Part shown: positions 23,870-32,000 of the stretch, piece by piece
How the letters are laid out: each line of letters opens with the position of its first letter
How positions within the stretch are numbered: the first letter of the stretch is position 1
Assembly: GCA_965230905.1 (NCBI GenBank)
Contig: OZ246396.1
Location: forward strand, 1,020,001 to 1,052,000
Length of the DNA stretch: 32,000 nucleotides
Direction of reading: 5' to 3'
Source of the DNA: Candidatus Saccharimonadota bacterium
Lineage (GTDB): Bacteria > Patescibacteriota > Gracilibacteria > UBA1369 > 2-02-FULL-48-14
The notes under the pieces: generated by a model
What the model was told of the DNA's origin: nothing
The model's input: the letters and a program-made list of their open reading frames with translations, nothing else
Database searches by the model: none
Made by a program: the position numbers and the translations under genes

Positions 23870-25150
23870 TTATTTCTTCTTTTTAATCGAACGGGTTTTG
23901 CTGCGTTTGGCAGGTTTAACCGGTTCATTTTTCAATAAAGCCCGCCGATTATAGCGATAGATGATATAGAACGCAAGTAAAACGAGGAGCAAGCTGAAGC
24001 TGATAGCGCCAGCCAGGAATTTGTAATCAAAGACGCGAACCTTCACCTCGAGGGTATCCGATTGGCCTTTGTCGTCGTAAACGGTGAGGATGGCGGTTTG
24101 TAAACCGGTTGCGTCGAAGCTGCGGGTAACCTGGGCTCCTTCTACGGTTTCATCTCCAAACTGCCACACAAATTTTACGATTCCCGTGTCATCTTGCGAT
24201 GCTGAGGCGTCGAAGGTGATCTCGTCACCCAAACCTGCAATGATCACGTCTTGGTCCATTTCCGCAACGGGCGAGGGGTTGGAGGGGTCGGTATCATTTA
24301 CATTGGCGAGGCCGTCTCCATCAATGTCGTCGTCGCTGTTGTCTCCGGTCCCGTCGTTGTCCACGTCAAACCATTCTTTAGGATCGCTTGGGAAGGGATC
24401 TTCACCATCGTTCTTGGCGTCGCCGTCAGTGTCGGAGTTTTTTGGGTCGGTTTCTTGATTGTCTTCGTCGTCGTTGAGCACCCCATCTCCATCAATATCG
24501 TCGTCGATTTCATCGGGGCTGCCGTCGGAATCTTGATCTTTGGTGTAACGCGAATCTTCGGGCATTTGGTCATCGGCGTCCAGGGTGCCGTCGTTGTCGT
24601 CGTCCGTATCGGCATTGTTTCCTTGGCCGTCACCGTCCGTGTCCTTGGATTCCAAAGAACTGATGGGGAAGGTGTCTTCTTCGTTGTTCACTCCGTCTCC
24701 GTCTTTATCGGGATCGGTGGAGTTGGGAATTCCGTCGTGATCGGTGTCCTGCTGCACATTCACCGTCTTTTGCACCACATTGTTGCCAGGGTTGTCGGAA
24801 GTTCCGTCCCAAGGAATCACGGTAACGGTAATCGTGTATTCGCCGTAGCTGGGTGGCGTCCAATCTACAAACACGTCATCACTTTTACCGGCGAGCGCGG
24901 AAATGGGCTGATCGGTGCCGATGTTCCCATCCTTACTGGTGAAACGAACGGTTCCAAGTAGGTCGGAGGGGCTGTTGTTTTGAACGGAAGCCCAGATTCG
25001 GGTGGGGCTGCCTTCAAAAAAGTAGGAGTTGCTGAACCAAACATTGGCATCTGAAACAGAAAGATCGCCACTCACGGCAAAGGCCGGGGTGGCGAGGCTG
25101 AGTAGAGAAACCAACAGCAAACTAGCAAAGGCATGGATGGATTTTTTCAT
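23870..25150 (-). CDS. tail-anchored surface protein: signal peptide, CARDB-like domain, thrombospondin-type-3-like Asp-rich repeats, PKD domain, C-terminal TM plus basic tail
   Basis: 426 aa. Signal peptide MKKSIHAFASLLLVSLLSLATPAFA. A CARDB-like beta domain (DLSVSDANVWFS...YTITVTVIPWD). About 10 DxDxDG-type repeats (~24272-24757). A PKD-like segment (FDASASQDDTGIVKFVWQFGDE...LTVYDDKGQSD). TM segment FLAGAISFSLLLVLLAFYIIY followed by RYNRR...KRSKTRSIKKKK. Confidence 0.8.
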   Translation of the reverse strand: MKKSIHAFASLLLVSLLSLATPAFAVSGDLSVSDANVWFSNSYFFEGSPTRIWASVQNNSPSDLLGTVRFTSKDGNIGTDQPISALAGKSDDVFVDWTPPSYGEYTITVTVIPWDGTSDNPGNNVVQKTVNVQQDTDHDGIPNSTDPDKDGDGVNNEEDTFPISSLESKDTDGDGQGNNADTDDDNDGTLDADDQMPEDSRYTKDQDSDGSPDEIDDDIDGDGVLNDDEDNQETDPKNSDTDGDAKNDGEDPFPSDPKEWFDVDNDGTGDNSDDDIDGDGLANVNDTDPSNPSPVAEMDQDVIIAGLGDEITFDASASQDDTGIVKFVWQFGDETVEGAQVTRSFDATGLQTAILTVYDDKGQSDTLEVKVRVFDYKFLAGAISFSLLLVLLAFYIIYRYNRRALLKNEPVKPAKRSKTRSIKKKK

Positions 25151-25159
25151 GGCGTGGGA

Positions 25160-27793
25160 TTAAACGAGAGTTGCCTGTTCTTCGCTTTCCGTTTCCTCGG
25201 CTCCTGTGGATTCGGGAACCTCGCTTTGAGCGATGAAGGACATGGAAGCGACCTTATCATCCGTCTTAACGCGCATAAGGTAAACCCCTTGTGTCGCGCG
25301 GCCTCGGCTTGGAACGCTCTTCAGTTGAGTGCGGATCATCACTCCTTTCTTAGAAACGATGATGATGTCGCCTTCGGTTTCAGGTTCCAGTACTTTGGCT
25401 CCCACGAGTTTTCCGGTTTTGCTGGTGAGATTTGCGGTCTTCACTCCACTTCCTCCACGGGTCTGGAATCGGTATTCCTTAATAGGCGTTCGTTTTCCAA
25501 GTCCGTTTTCCATCACCACAAAGAGGTCGGCTTCAGCGGATTTAACGTTGTCCATTTCCACTACCTCATCTCCACTTCGCAGTTTGATTCCACGCACTCC
25601 CATAGAAGCGCGGCCCATTGGGCGTACGTCTTCTTGGTCGAATTGGATGCATTTCCCTTCATGAGTCACGATCATAATATGGTCGCCTGGGCTGCTTTGT
25701 TTCACCCAAGAGAGCGAATCGTCGTCACGGAGTTTAATGGCAATGAGTCCGGATTTTCGCACAGCTTTGAATTCTGCTACGGCTGTCTTTTTAACGGTTC
25801 CTTTTTTGGTCGCCATGAAGAGGAAGTCTCCTCCGAATTCTTCGTTGGTCACCACGAGCATCGCGGTAACGTACTCTTCTTTAGTGAGCTGAATGAGGTT
25901 GATGAGAGGGATTCCCTTGGCCTGACGGCTGGCCTGAGGCAGTTCGTACACAGGGAGTTGGAACACACGGCCCGTGTTCGTGAAGAACAGGAGTTTATCG
26001 TGGTTTTTGGCGTAGCGGAGGATAGCTATCTCATCTTCTTCCTTGGTGCTCATGGCCACCTTGCCCTGACCTCCACGTTCTTGACGGCGGAAAGTAGAAG
26101 GCGGAACCCGCTTAACGTAATTTTCCTTGGTGAGGGTCACCACCATTTCTTCGTTCGGGATGGTGTCTTTTACAGAGAAATCGCCGAGGGCATGAGGCAC
26201 GATTTCGGTGCGGCGTGCGTCGCCGTATTGTGCTTTGATTTCGTTGAATTCCTTCATCATGATTTTAGCCACTTTCTTGGTGTCAGCCAAAATGCCTTCG
26301 AGTTCGGCGATGAGCTTCATCTTTTCCGCGAGTTCGTCTTCGATCTTGCTGCGTTCGAGTCCAGCCAGGGTTTGCAGACGCATTTCCAGAATGGCCTGAG
26401 CCTGGAGTTCGCTGAGTTTGAACTTCTTCATCAAAGCCGCGTGCGCCTCCTCTTTAGTCTCGCTCTTACGGATGGTGTCGATCACGGCATCGATGTTGTC
26501 GAGCGCAATCTTAAGTCCTTCCAAAATGTGAGCGCGCGCCTTGGCGATTTTGAGTTCGTAAACCGTGCGGCGAGTGATCACTTCCTTGCGATGCTTAATG
26601 AAGTATTCAAGCACCTCTTTAAGGTTGAGCAGGCGAGGTTGGATTCCGTCCACGAGCGCAATCATGTTCATGTTGAAGTTCGACTGCATGGTCGTGTACT
26701 TGTAGAGCTGATTGAGGATTTTGCTTGGGTAGGAATCCTTCTTAAGTTCGATCACGATGCGCATTCCTTCTCGGTTGGATTCGTCGCGGAGATCGGAAAT
26801 ACCGACGATTTTTTTGTCGGTCACGAGTTCGGCGATTTTTTCTACGAGCGTGGCCTTGTTGATTTGATAAGGAATCTCGGTGACGATGATACGGTGGCGT
26901 CCGTTCTTTTCTTCTTCAATTTCTGCCTTAGCGCGAACGGTGAGTCCTCCGCGTCCGGTCACGTACATTTCTTTAATAGCAGCTTTCCCGTAAGCGGTTG
27001 CGCCGGTGGGAAAGTCGGGTCCCTTGATGTGCTCCATCAGTCCGTCGATATCGATTTCAGGATTGTCGGCCAGGTCAATGAGCGCGTCCATCACTTCCGT
27101 TAGGTTGTGAGGAGGAATGTTGGTGGCCATACCCACGGCAATACCCATGGTTCCATTGAGGAGCAATTGGGGAATTCGAGTGGGGAGTACGCGGGGTTCT
27201 TCGTGACGTCCGTCGTAGTTGGCAACAAAATCCACGGTTTCTTTATCGATGTCGGCCATCATTTCATCCGAAATCTTTTCCATTTTTGCTTCGGTATAAC
27301 GCATGGCGGCGGCGTTGTCTCCGTCGATGGATCCGAAGTTCCCCTGCCCACGAATGAGTGGGTAGCGGAGTGAAAAGTCCTGAGCCATACGCACCATAGA
27401 GTCGTATACGGCGCTGTCTCCGTGAGGATGGTATTTAGCCAACACTTCTCCCACCACGGCGGCTGATTTTCGGAAACCGGCGCTGGAGCGAAGTCCAATC
27501 TCTTGCATGGCGAACAAAATACGTCGGTGAACCGGTTTCATACCGTCGCGAACGTCGGGCAGAGCACGGGAAACGATCACGCTCATGGCGTAATCCAAAT
27601 AACTTTCTTCCATTTCATCCACCACATTTCGGTTCGTGATTTTTCCGGCTGCAAAAAGTTCTGTAGGAGCTTCGGGTTCCGCAGCAAGGTGTGCGGCGGT
27701 CTCTTTGGCGTCCTCCTCACTTTCTATTTCCTCGTTGCCTTCGGGTTGTTCATCCTCGGGGTTTAAGTTGTCCTCAATTTTCTTTTTTGGCAT
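25160..27793 (-). CDS. gyrA: DNA gyrase subunit A
   Basis: 877 aa. [39 protein letters not shown] (active-site Tyr), the GyrA-box-like QGNFGS region, C-terminal beta-pinwheel repeats and an acidic tail. Confidence 0.95.
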   Translation of the reverse strand: MPKKKIEDNLNPEDEQPEGNEEIESEEDAKETAAHLAAEPEAPTELFAAGKITNRNVVDEMEESYLDYAMSVIVSRALPDVRDGMKPVHRRILFAMQEIGLRSSAGFRKSAAVVGEVLAKYHPHGDSAVYDSMVRMAQDFSLRYPLIRGQGNFGSIDGDNAAAMRYTEAKMEKISDEMMADIDKETVDFVANYDGRHEEPRVLPTRIPQLLLNGTMGIAVGMATNIPPHNLTEVMDALIDLADNPEIDIDGLMEHIKGPDFPTGATAYGKAAIKEMYVTGRGGLTVRAKAEIEEEKNGRHRIIVTEIPYQINKATLVEKIAELVTDKKIVGISDLRDESNREGMRIVIELKKDSYPSKILNQLYKYTTMQSNFNMNMIALVDGIQPRLLNLKEVLEYFIKHRKEVITRRTVYELKIAKARAHILEGLKIALDNIDAVIDTIRKSETKEEAHAALMKKFKLSELQAQAILEMRLQTLAGLERSKIEDELAEKMKLIAELEGILADTKKVAKIMMKEFNEIKAQYGDARRTEIVPHALGDFSVKDTIPNEEMVVTLTKENYVKRVPPSTFRRQERGGQGKVAMSTKEEDEIAILRYAKNHDKLLFFTNTGRVFQLPVYELPQASRQAKGIPLINLIQLTKEEYVTAMLVVTNEEFGGDFLFMATKKGTVKKTAVAEFKAVRKSGLIAIKLRDDDSLSWVKQSSPGDHIMIVTHEGKCIQFDQEDVRPMGRASMGVRGIKLRSGDEVVEMDNVKSAEADLFVVMENGLGKRTPIKEYRFQTRGGSGVKTANLTSKTGKLVGAKVLEPETEGDIIIVSKKGVMIRTQLKSVPSRGRATQGVYLMRVKTDDKVASMSFIAQSEVPESTGAEETESEEQATLV

Positions 27794-27856
27794 AGGTGTT
27801 TTTAAATGTGCGCGGGAAGTTTACCCCACCGCAGCAAAATACAAAATTCAGATTGG

Positions 27857-27884
27857 TTGACTGACGCTGGATTTATTTTATAAT
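27857..27884 (+). promoter_or_regulatory. near-consensus sigma70-type promoter (TTGACT-16-TATAAT) for the 226-aa ORF / VirB4-like pair
   Basis: TTGACT at 27857-27862, a 16-nt spacer, and TATAAT at 27879-27884, 32 nt upstream of the ATG at 27917. It lies in the 123-nt divergent gap with gyrA. Confidence 0.5.
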
Positions 27885-27916
27885 GAGGCCTATAGTGCTA
27901 CTCACTAACTTACTTT

Positions 27917-28597
27917 ATGCACGAACAAAGAACTGAAACTGACTTCAATCGAATTGAAGCGATGGTGAAGGCACAGTACGAACCTGCAAAAGAACTCATA
28001 GATCGTACGCGCCTGTCTAAAGGGATCACGGTCCCATCTCTTCAAGAAACTATAGATATTTTGGGTGAAGAGGCCAGCGATGAACAAATTGCCGAGATTT
28101 TAAAAATGCAAAAAGCAGCGCTTATACTTCAGCCAAAAAAGCCTTTTACTGACTATGTTTCGGCAATTGATGGCAATCGAAAGGCAAGGCACTATCCCAC
28201 TTACGTTCCCTCTTTTCTTAAGAATAGGTTCGCTGCCATGCCTTCCAGTAATAGTGTTTCCTTGGGTTTTGTGGAAGGTCTTCCTGAGCTTGCCGGTGAC
28301 CCTGCTTTAATGGGACGAGAACTAGAAGATCAAGAAATGGATGTGAAACGTAGCCTGGCTATAGGTGTGAACATCGTAAATCCTCGTGCTTATTCTTTGC
28401 TCCAAATGGCTGGAATGCAGAGTGATAATTTAGTGGATCAACAAAACTGGTCTGTTGTAGTGGAAGATGATTCTAAAAGATCTTACTTGCCCAAGGCTGG
28501 TTGGGACCATGTTAGAGTGCTTTTCGCTGAGTTCTCTGAAGGTCGTGAGCTTCCCCTTGTTCGTTGGCGGAAAGCGGTGATGAAGGAGAGGGATTAA
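27917..28597 (+). CDS. hypothetical protein (226 aa ORFan upstream of the VirB4-like ATPase)
   Basis: ATG-started ORF with no TM, signal peptide or recognisable motif. It uses ATA/AGA/AGG/TTA/CTT codons unlike the core genes. It is co-oriented with the ATPase gene, which starts 73 nt downstream. Confidence 0.55.
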   Translation: MHEQRTETDFNRIEAMVKAQYEPAKELIDRTRLSKGITVPSLQETIDILGEEASDEQIAEILKMQKAALILQPKKPFTDYVSAIDGNRKARHYPTYVPSFLKNRFAAMPSSNSVSLGFVEGLPELAGDPALMGRELEDQEMDVKRSLAIGVNIVNPRAYSLLQMAGMQSDNLVDQQNWSVVVEDDSKRSYLPKAGWDHVRVLFAEFSEGRELPLVRWRKAVMKERD

Positions 28598-28670
28598 AGG
28601 TGCCCGTTCTGTCTCTAGTAAATCTGGTCATTTTGTGATAAGATGATAAGATTAAAAAGTAGCTCCACGC

Positions 28671-30932
28671 ATGGCTGACAATCCAACGCCTCCACAAACC
28701 GCTTCACTAAGCCCCGCAACCCCTGCGGTTGCTCCTGCTGCGCCACCTTCGATGACGTTGCCACCTTCGATGACGTTGCCAGCGGCGGTTACGGATGCTA
28801 ATGCGGCAACGGTGGCGGCTCAACAAGAAGCTCAGGCAAAATCCACCGTTTCGGCGGACAAAAAACAAGCTGCAAGTGCGGCTGCTGCCAAGGTGAATAG
28901 CGATGCGCAAAAAAACCTGCTCGAAAAGAAACAACTGCTGGAAGCGGAAAAGCTTTTTCAGGAAGGAATTGCTTCCATTCGCGACCTCATTGCACCGTCT
29001 TCGTTTGAAGCGGGCTACGACCACATTAAAATCGATGGGCTCTACTGCCAAACTTTCTTTGTTTACACCTACCCTCGTTACATCGACACCAACTGGCTCA
29101 GCCCGGTGGTGAACTACGATGTGACCATGGATATTTCCCAGTACATCTACCCGATTTCGTCCGAGGACATCATGAAGGTTTTGAAGACCAAGGTGGCTCA
29201 GCTCCAGTCTTCTATTCGCATCGCGGCTGACAAGGGAAATGTGCGTGACCCTGCGCTGGAAACCGCTTTGGAAGATGCCGAATCGCTGCGTACGGAACTC
29301 CAGCGTGGACAGGAAAAATTCTTCCAATACGGACTCTATTTCACGGTCTATTCGCCCAATGAAGATGAACTGCGCAAATCCACCAAAGAACTGCAAAGTT
29401 TGCTGGCCGGAAAACTCGTGCTTTCCAAGCGCGCCGATCTGCAAATGGAACGGGGATTCACTTCCACGATTCCGCTGTGTTTGGATGATATTGCGGTGCA
29501 ACGAAACATGAACACTTCGCCGCTTTCGACCACGTTCCCCTTCATTTCTTCGGAACTCACGTCGAACGACGGAATTTTGTACGGACTCAACCGTCACAAC
29601 GAAGGGCTGATTATTTTTGACCGTTTCTCCTTGGAAAATGCCAACTCAACGGTGTTTGCTAAATCCGGAGCCGGAAAATCCTACGCAGTAAAATTGGAGA
29701 TTTTGCGCTCGCTGATGTTTGGAACCGATGTGATTGTGATCGACCCCGAGAATGAATACAAAGCGCTTTGTGACACCGTTGGAGGAACCTATTTGAGCGT
29801 GTCACTCAACTCGGACAGACGTATCAATCCCTTTGATTTACCCACGCCACTCGAAGGCGAAGAGCTCAAGCCGGGAGACTTGCTGCGCAGCTCTGTGATC
29901 AACCTGACGGGACTCATGCGCCTCATGCTGGGAACTATTACTCCTCAGGAAGAGGGGATTTTGGACAAGGCTTTGATCGACACGTATGCAACCAAGGGTA
30001 TCACCATGGACAGCATCGATCCTTCCAAGTTCACGGTGCCCACCATGACGGACTTTTACAGTGTGCTTTCGTCCATGGACGGAGCTGCCGATATGTCGCA
30101 GCGCATTGCCAAGTACGTGACGGGGACTTACGCCGGGGTATTCAACAAAGAAACCAATGTGACGCTCGACACCGGGCTCATGATTTTCTCGGTGCGAGAT
30201 TTGGAAGACGAGCTGCGGCCCGTGGCCATGTACATTATTTTGAACTACATCTGGAATCGCGTGCGCTCCACGCTTAAGAAACGAATTCTGGTGATTGATG
30301 AAGCCTGGACATTGATGCAGCACGAAGATTCTGCGAAATTCTTATTTGGACTGGTGAAACGTGCCCGAAAATACTTTTTGGGAGTGACGACCATTACGCA
30401 GGACGTGGAAGACTTTATTAATAGCCCGATGGGGAAACCAATTGTGACCAACTCCTCGATGCAGTTGCTTTTGAAGCAATCGCCGTCGGCGGTGGAACCG
30501 CTGGCCAAGGTGTTCAACCTCACGGAGGGAGAAAAATATATGCTGCTCAATTCCGGCGTGGGACAAGGACTCTTTTTTGCCGGTCTCAAGCACGTGGCCA
30601 TTCAAATCATTGCTTCCTTTAGTGAAGACCGAATCGTGACCACGAACCCTCAAGAACTCTTGAACCAAAGCAACGCGACGGCTCAGTTTGAAACTGAGGA
30701 AGCTTTAAAGAAAGAAGCCGAGACGCTGGCAGCTCCAGCTGTGACGCCCGCTCCAGCGGCGCCCGTTGCGGCCACTCCCGAAGAAGCTAAAATGGAGGCG
30801 GAATTCACCGAAAACGTAGCGGCGGTTTTGGACCAGCCCATTGAAGCACCTGCTTCGGTGGTGGCCACGGAAGCGACGGTTTTGGCACCTTCAACCCAAG
30901 ATATCCCGGTGGTCTTTGAGGAGAAGAAGTAA
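28671..30932 (+). CDS. virB4: VirB4/TrbE/CagE-family type IV secretion-like ATPase with low-complexity Ala/Pro-rich N- and C-terminal extensions
   Basis: 753 aa. The VirB4 N-domain pattern (IRDLIAPSSFE..DHIKIDGLYCQTFFVYTYPRYIDTNWLSPV) starts only at about residue 95. Walker A is FAKSGAGKSYAVK, followed by VIVIDPENEY and RINPFDL. Walker B is RILVIDEAWTLM, followed by TTITQDVEDF. Confidence 0.8.
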   Translation: MADNPTPPQTASLSPATPAVAPAAPPSMTLPPSMTLPAAVTDANAATVAAQQEAQAKSTVSADKKQAASAAAAKVNSDAQKNLLEKKQLLEAEKLFQEGIASIRDLIAPSSFEAGYDHIKIDGLYCQTFFVYTYPRYIDTNWLSPVVNYDVTMDISQYIYPISSEDIMKVLKTKVAQLQSSIRIAADKGNVRDPALETALEDAESLRTELQRGQEKFFQYGLYFTVYSPNEDELRKSTKELQSLLAGKLVLSKRADLQMERGFTSTIPLCLDDIAVQRNMNTSPLSTTFPFISSELTSNDGILYGLNRHNEGLIIFDRFSLENANSTVFAKSGAGKSYAVKLEILRSLMFGTDVIVIDPENEYKALCDTVGGTYLSVSLNSDRRINPFDLPTPLEGEELKPGDLLRSSVINLTGLMRLMLGTITPQEEGILDKALIDTYATKGITMDSIDPSKFTVPTMTDFYSVLSSMDGAADMSQRIAKYVTGTYAGVFNKETNVTLDTGLMIFSVRDLEDELRPVAMYIILNYIWNRVRSTLKKRILVIDEAWTLMQHEDSAKFLFGLVKRARKYFLGVTTITQDVEDFINSPMGKPIVTNSSMQLLLKQSPSAVEPLAKVFNLTEGEKYMLLNSGVGQGLFFAGLKHVAIQIIASFSEDRIVTTNPQELLNQSNATAQFETEEALKKEAETLAAPAVTPAPAAPVAATPEEAKMEAEFTENVAAVLDQPIEAPASVVATEATVLAPSTQDIPVVFEEKK
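28743..28778 (+). repeat. perfect 2 x 18-bp in-frame tandem repeat (PPSMTL x2) in the N-terminal extension of the VirB4-like gene
   Basis: CCACCTTCGATGACGTTG occurs at 28743-28760 and is repeated exactly at 28761-28778. Confidence 0.9.
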
Positions 30933-30935
30933 TTT

Positions 30936-32000
30936 CTAGCGCTTCACCTCGTGCAGCCAAGCTTTGTAACGGCCTTTTTGGTGTTTGCCTTGCATAACCA
31001 GACCTAAACGTTCTTGGACGAGCCGTGTCACGGGTCCGATGCCGCCTTCTGAAACGTCCATTTCAAATCGGTCTTTGCGATCAGTGATACTGCCAACGGG
31101 GGCTAAGGTGACACCGGTTCCGCAGGCAAAGGCTTCCTGCATCAATCGTAATTCTGAAACGGGGATGTCCTTATCGTCCCTTACGCCTTTTAATTTGCCT
31201 TCAGCAGCTAGTTCTTTCCCAACTGCTAAAATGGAGTCTCGGGTAACGCCGTCCAAAATTTCCGGGCTCAAAGGAGGAGTCACCAGCCATTTGTCTTTTG
31301 TTACGAAGAAAGAATTGGAGGCGCGTTGCTCGCGGACCCATTTATTTTCATTGTCTATGAACAGAGAATCGTCGAAGCCGCGGTCCTTTACCTCGGCCGT
31401 GATGCGCAAAACCTGAGCATAGTTTCCACCTGCTTTCGTATCGCCCACGCCGCCTTTTGCCGCTCGATGAAAATCGCGATCCACCCACAATTTCAATGGC
31501 TCTTTTGCAAAAATGGGACCTACGGGAGAAGCCACGCAGGTGAACAGGAAACGGGGATTTCTCTCAACGCCCAGTAGATTTTGGGCAGCCCTGAGCCCCG
31601 GAGCTAAATAGACTTGAGCGGTGCCCGGATCGGGGATGAAATCCCAGTTTGCACGTACCAGCTCCTCATCAATCTTTATCAATTCTTTCGGAGTCATGGT
31701 GGGCATCATCATTCGGTCTGCATTTCTCCAAAATCGATTGGCATGTACATCCGGGCGAAACATCACCACGCGTCCGTCATCCAGTTTGTAGACCTTGTTT
31801 CCGCCAAAAATGGTTTGGCCATAGCGGTCCGCCAGAGGGTCGAGTTCCATGGTCCCCACAGGGATGATTTGAGGCTTGGTCCACGCACCTTCTTCGTGTG
31901 CGGCAACGGCCATATTTTTAAGAGGTGTGTATACAAAGGGAAGTTGGCCATGGCGCGCCTTTTCTTGAACTTCGGTCGAGTCCCCCGGCTTGCCGGGAAA
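30936..32000 (-). CDS. ilvE: branched-chain amino acid aminotransferase (class IV PLP fold), 5' end off the window
   Basis: The ORF track starts at ATG 31913, but the frame stays open to the window edge (...FPGKPGDSTEVQEKARHGQLPFVYTPLKNMAVAAHEEGAW). That upstream sequence resembles the conserved BCAT N-terminal region. Further motifs: GQTIFGGNKVYK, LYLAPGL, ACGTGVTLAPVGSI. The stop lies 3 nt from the convergent virB4-like stop. Confidence 0.85.
   Translation of the reverse strand, partial: FPGKPGDSTEVQEKARHGQLPFVYTPLKNMAVAAHEEGAWTKPQIIPVGTMELDPLADRYGQTIFGGNKVYKLDDGRVVMFRPDVHANRFWRNADRMMMPTMTPKELIKIDEELVRANWDFIPDPGTAQVYLAPGLRAAQNLLGVERNPRFLFTCVASPVGPIFAKEPLKLWVDRDFHRAAKGGVGDTKAGGNYAQVLRITAEVKDRGFDDSLFIDNENKWVREQRASNSFFVTKDKWLVTPPLSPEILDGVTRDSILAVGKELAAEGKLKGVRDDKDIPVSELRLMQEAFACGTGVTLAPVGSITDRKDRFEMDVSEGGIGPVTRLVQERLGLVMQGKHQKGRYKAWLHEVKR

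Noticed and set aside
25133-27103. 656-aa ORF on the plus strand, antisense to gyrA
   Set aside because: Its codons are exactly in register with the gyrA codons (both triplet series start at the same position modulo 3), so it stays open simply because gyrA avoids TTA/CTA/TCA. The translation is low-complexity (F/H/V/G/E-rich) with no motifs, and gyrA on the other strand is unmistakable.
27794-27916. Possible replication origin at the divergent gyrA / plus-strand switch point
   Set aside because: The gap is only 123 bp. I found no DnaA-box-like 9-mers (TTATCCACA/TGTGGATAA or one-off variants), no AT-rich unwinding repeats and no dnaA/dnaN nearby. Gene orientation flips back to minus at ilvE.
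28640-28662. Tandem TGATAAGA TGATAAGA upstream of the VirB4-like start as a regulatory repeat or double -10 box
   Set aside because: There are only two 8-nt copies in AT-rich spacer, with weak matches to TATAAT and no -35 partner. This is too little to call.
28707-29597. 296-aa minus-strand ORF antisense to the VirB4-like gene
   Set aside because: It is an in-register antisense frame kept open by avoidance of TTA/CTA/TCA in the sense gene. The translation is Arg/Phe-rich nonsense with no start context.
1-32000. CRISPR arrays, alternative genetic code, mobile elements, recognisable defence systems
   Set aside because: I saw no regularly spaced direct repeats. Long ORFs are intact under the standard code and TGA terminates pilD and the TPR gene. 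No transposase, integrase, reverse transcriptase, restriction or toxin-like motifs were recognised in any frame.

Overview
This window is a 32-kb stretch of a compact bacterial chromosome that reads cleanly with the standard code. TGA acts as a genuine stop at 8740 and 9489, so there is no UGA recoding. I call 28 protein-coding genes, two of them running off the window edges, plus one tRNA-Arg(UCG). I saw no rRNA, CRISPR array, transposase, integrase or recognisable defence gene. The backbone is a ~21-kb uninterrupted minus-strand array from gyrA (27793) to small ORFs at 6881. It has many 1-4 nt stop/start overlaps and no visible Shine-Dalgarno motifs. It interleaves housekeeping genes (gyrA, rpmE, tgt, ruvA, M24 peptidase, glmS, pyk, ruvC, manC) with envelope genes (two tail-anchored Ca-repeat surface proteins, a TPR protein and a prepilin peptidase). 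The style and content (fused SecDF, SLH protein, giant beta-helix adhesin, orphan VirB4-like ATPase, many ORFans) suggest a small-genome, possibly CPR/Peregrinibacteria-like organism. That taxonomic guess is inference only. Most noteworthy: (1) a fused SecDF carries a complete parvulin PPIase domain, and perhaps a second degenerate one, inserted in its periplasmic P1 region, plus an extra pair of TM helices. (2) An orphan VirB4-family ATPase with disordered Ala/Pro-rich termini is paired with an ORFan behind a near-consensus promoter. (3) Two surface proteins with thrombospondin-type-3-like repeats and C-terminal TM anchors are wedged into housekeeping operons. (4) Several ORFan patches break the host rule of avoiding TTA/CTA/TCA codons, and some have their own promoter-like or terminator-like signals. 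(5) CCCGGG-cored palindromes occur only in intergenic DNA. I did not find a complete, clearly novel multi-gene system. The items above are candidates, not demonstrations.
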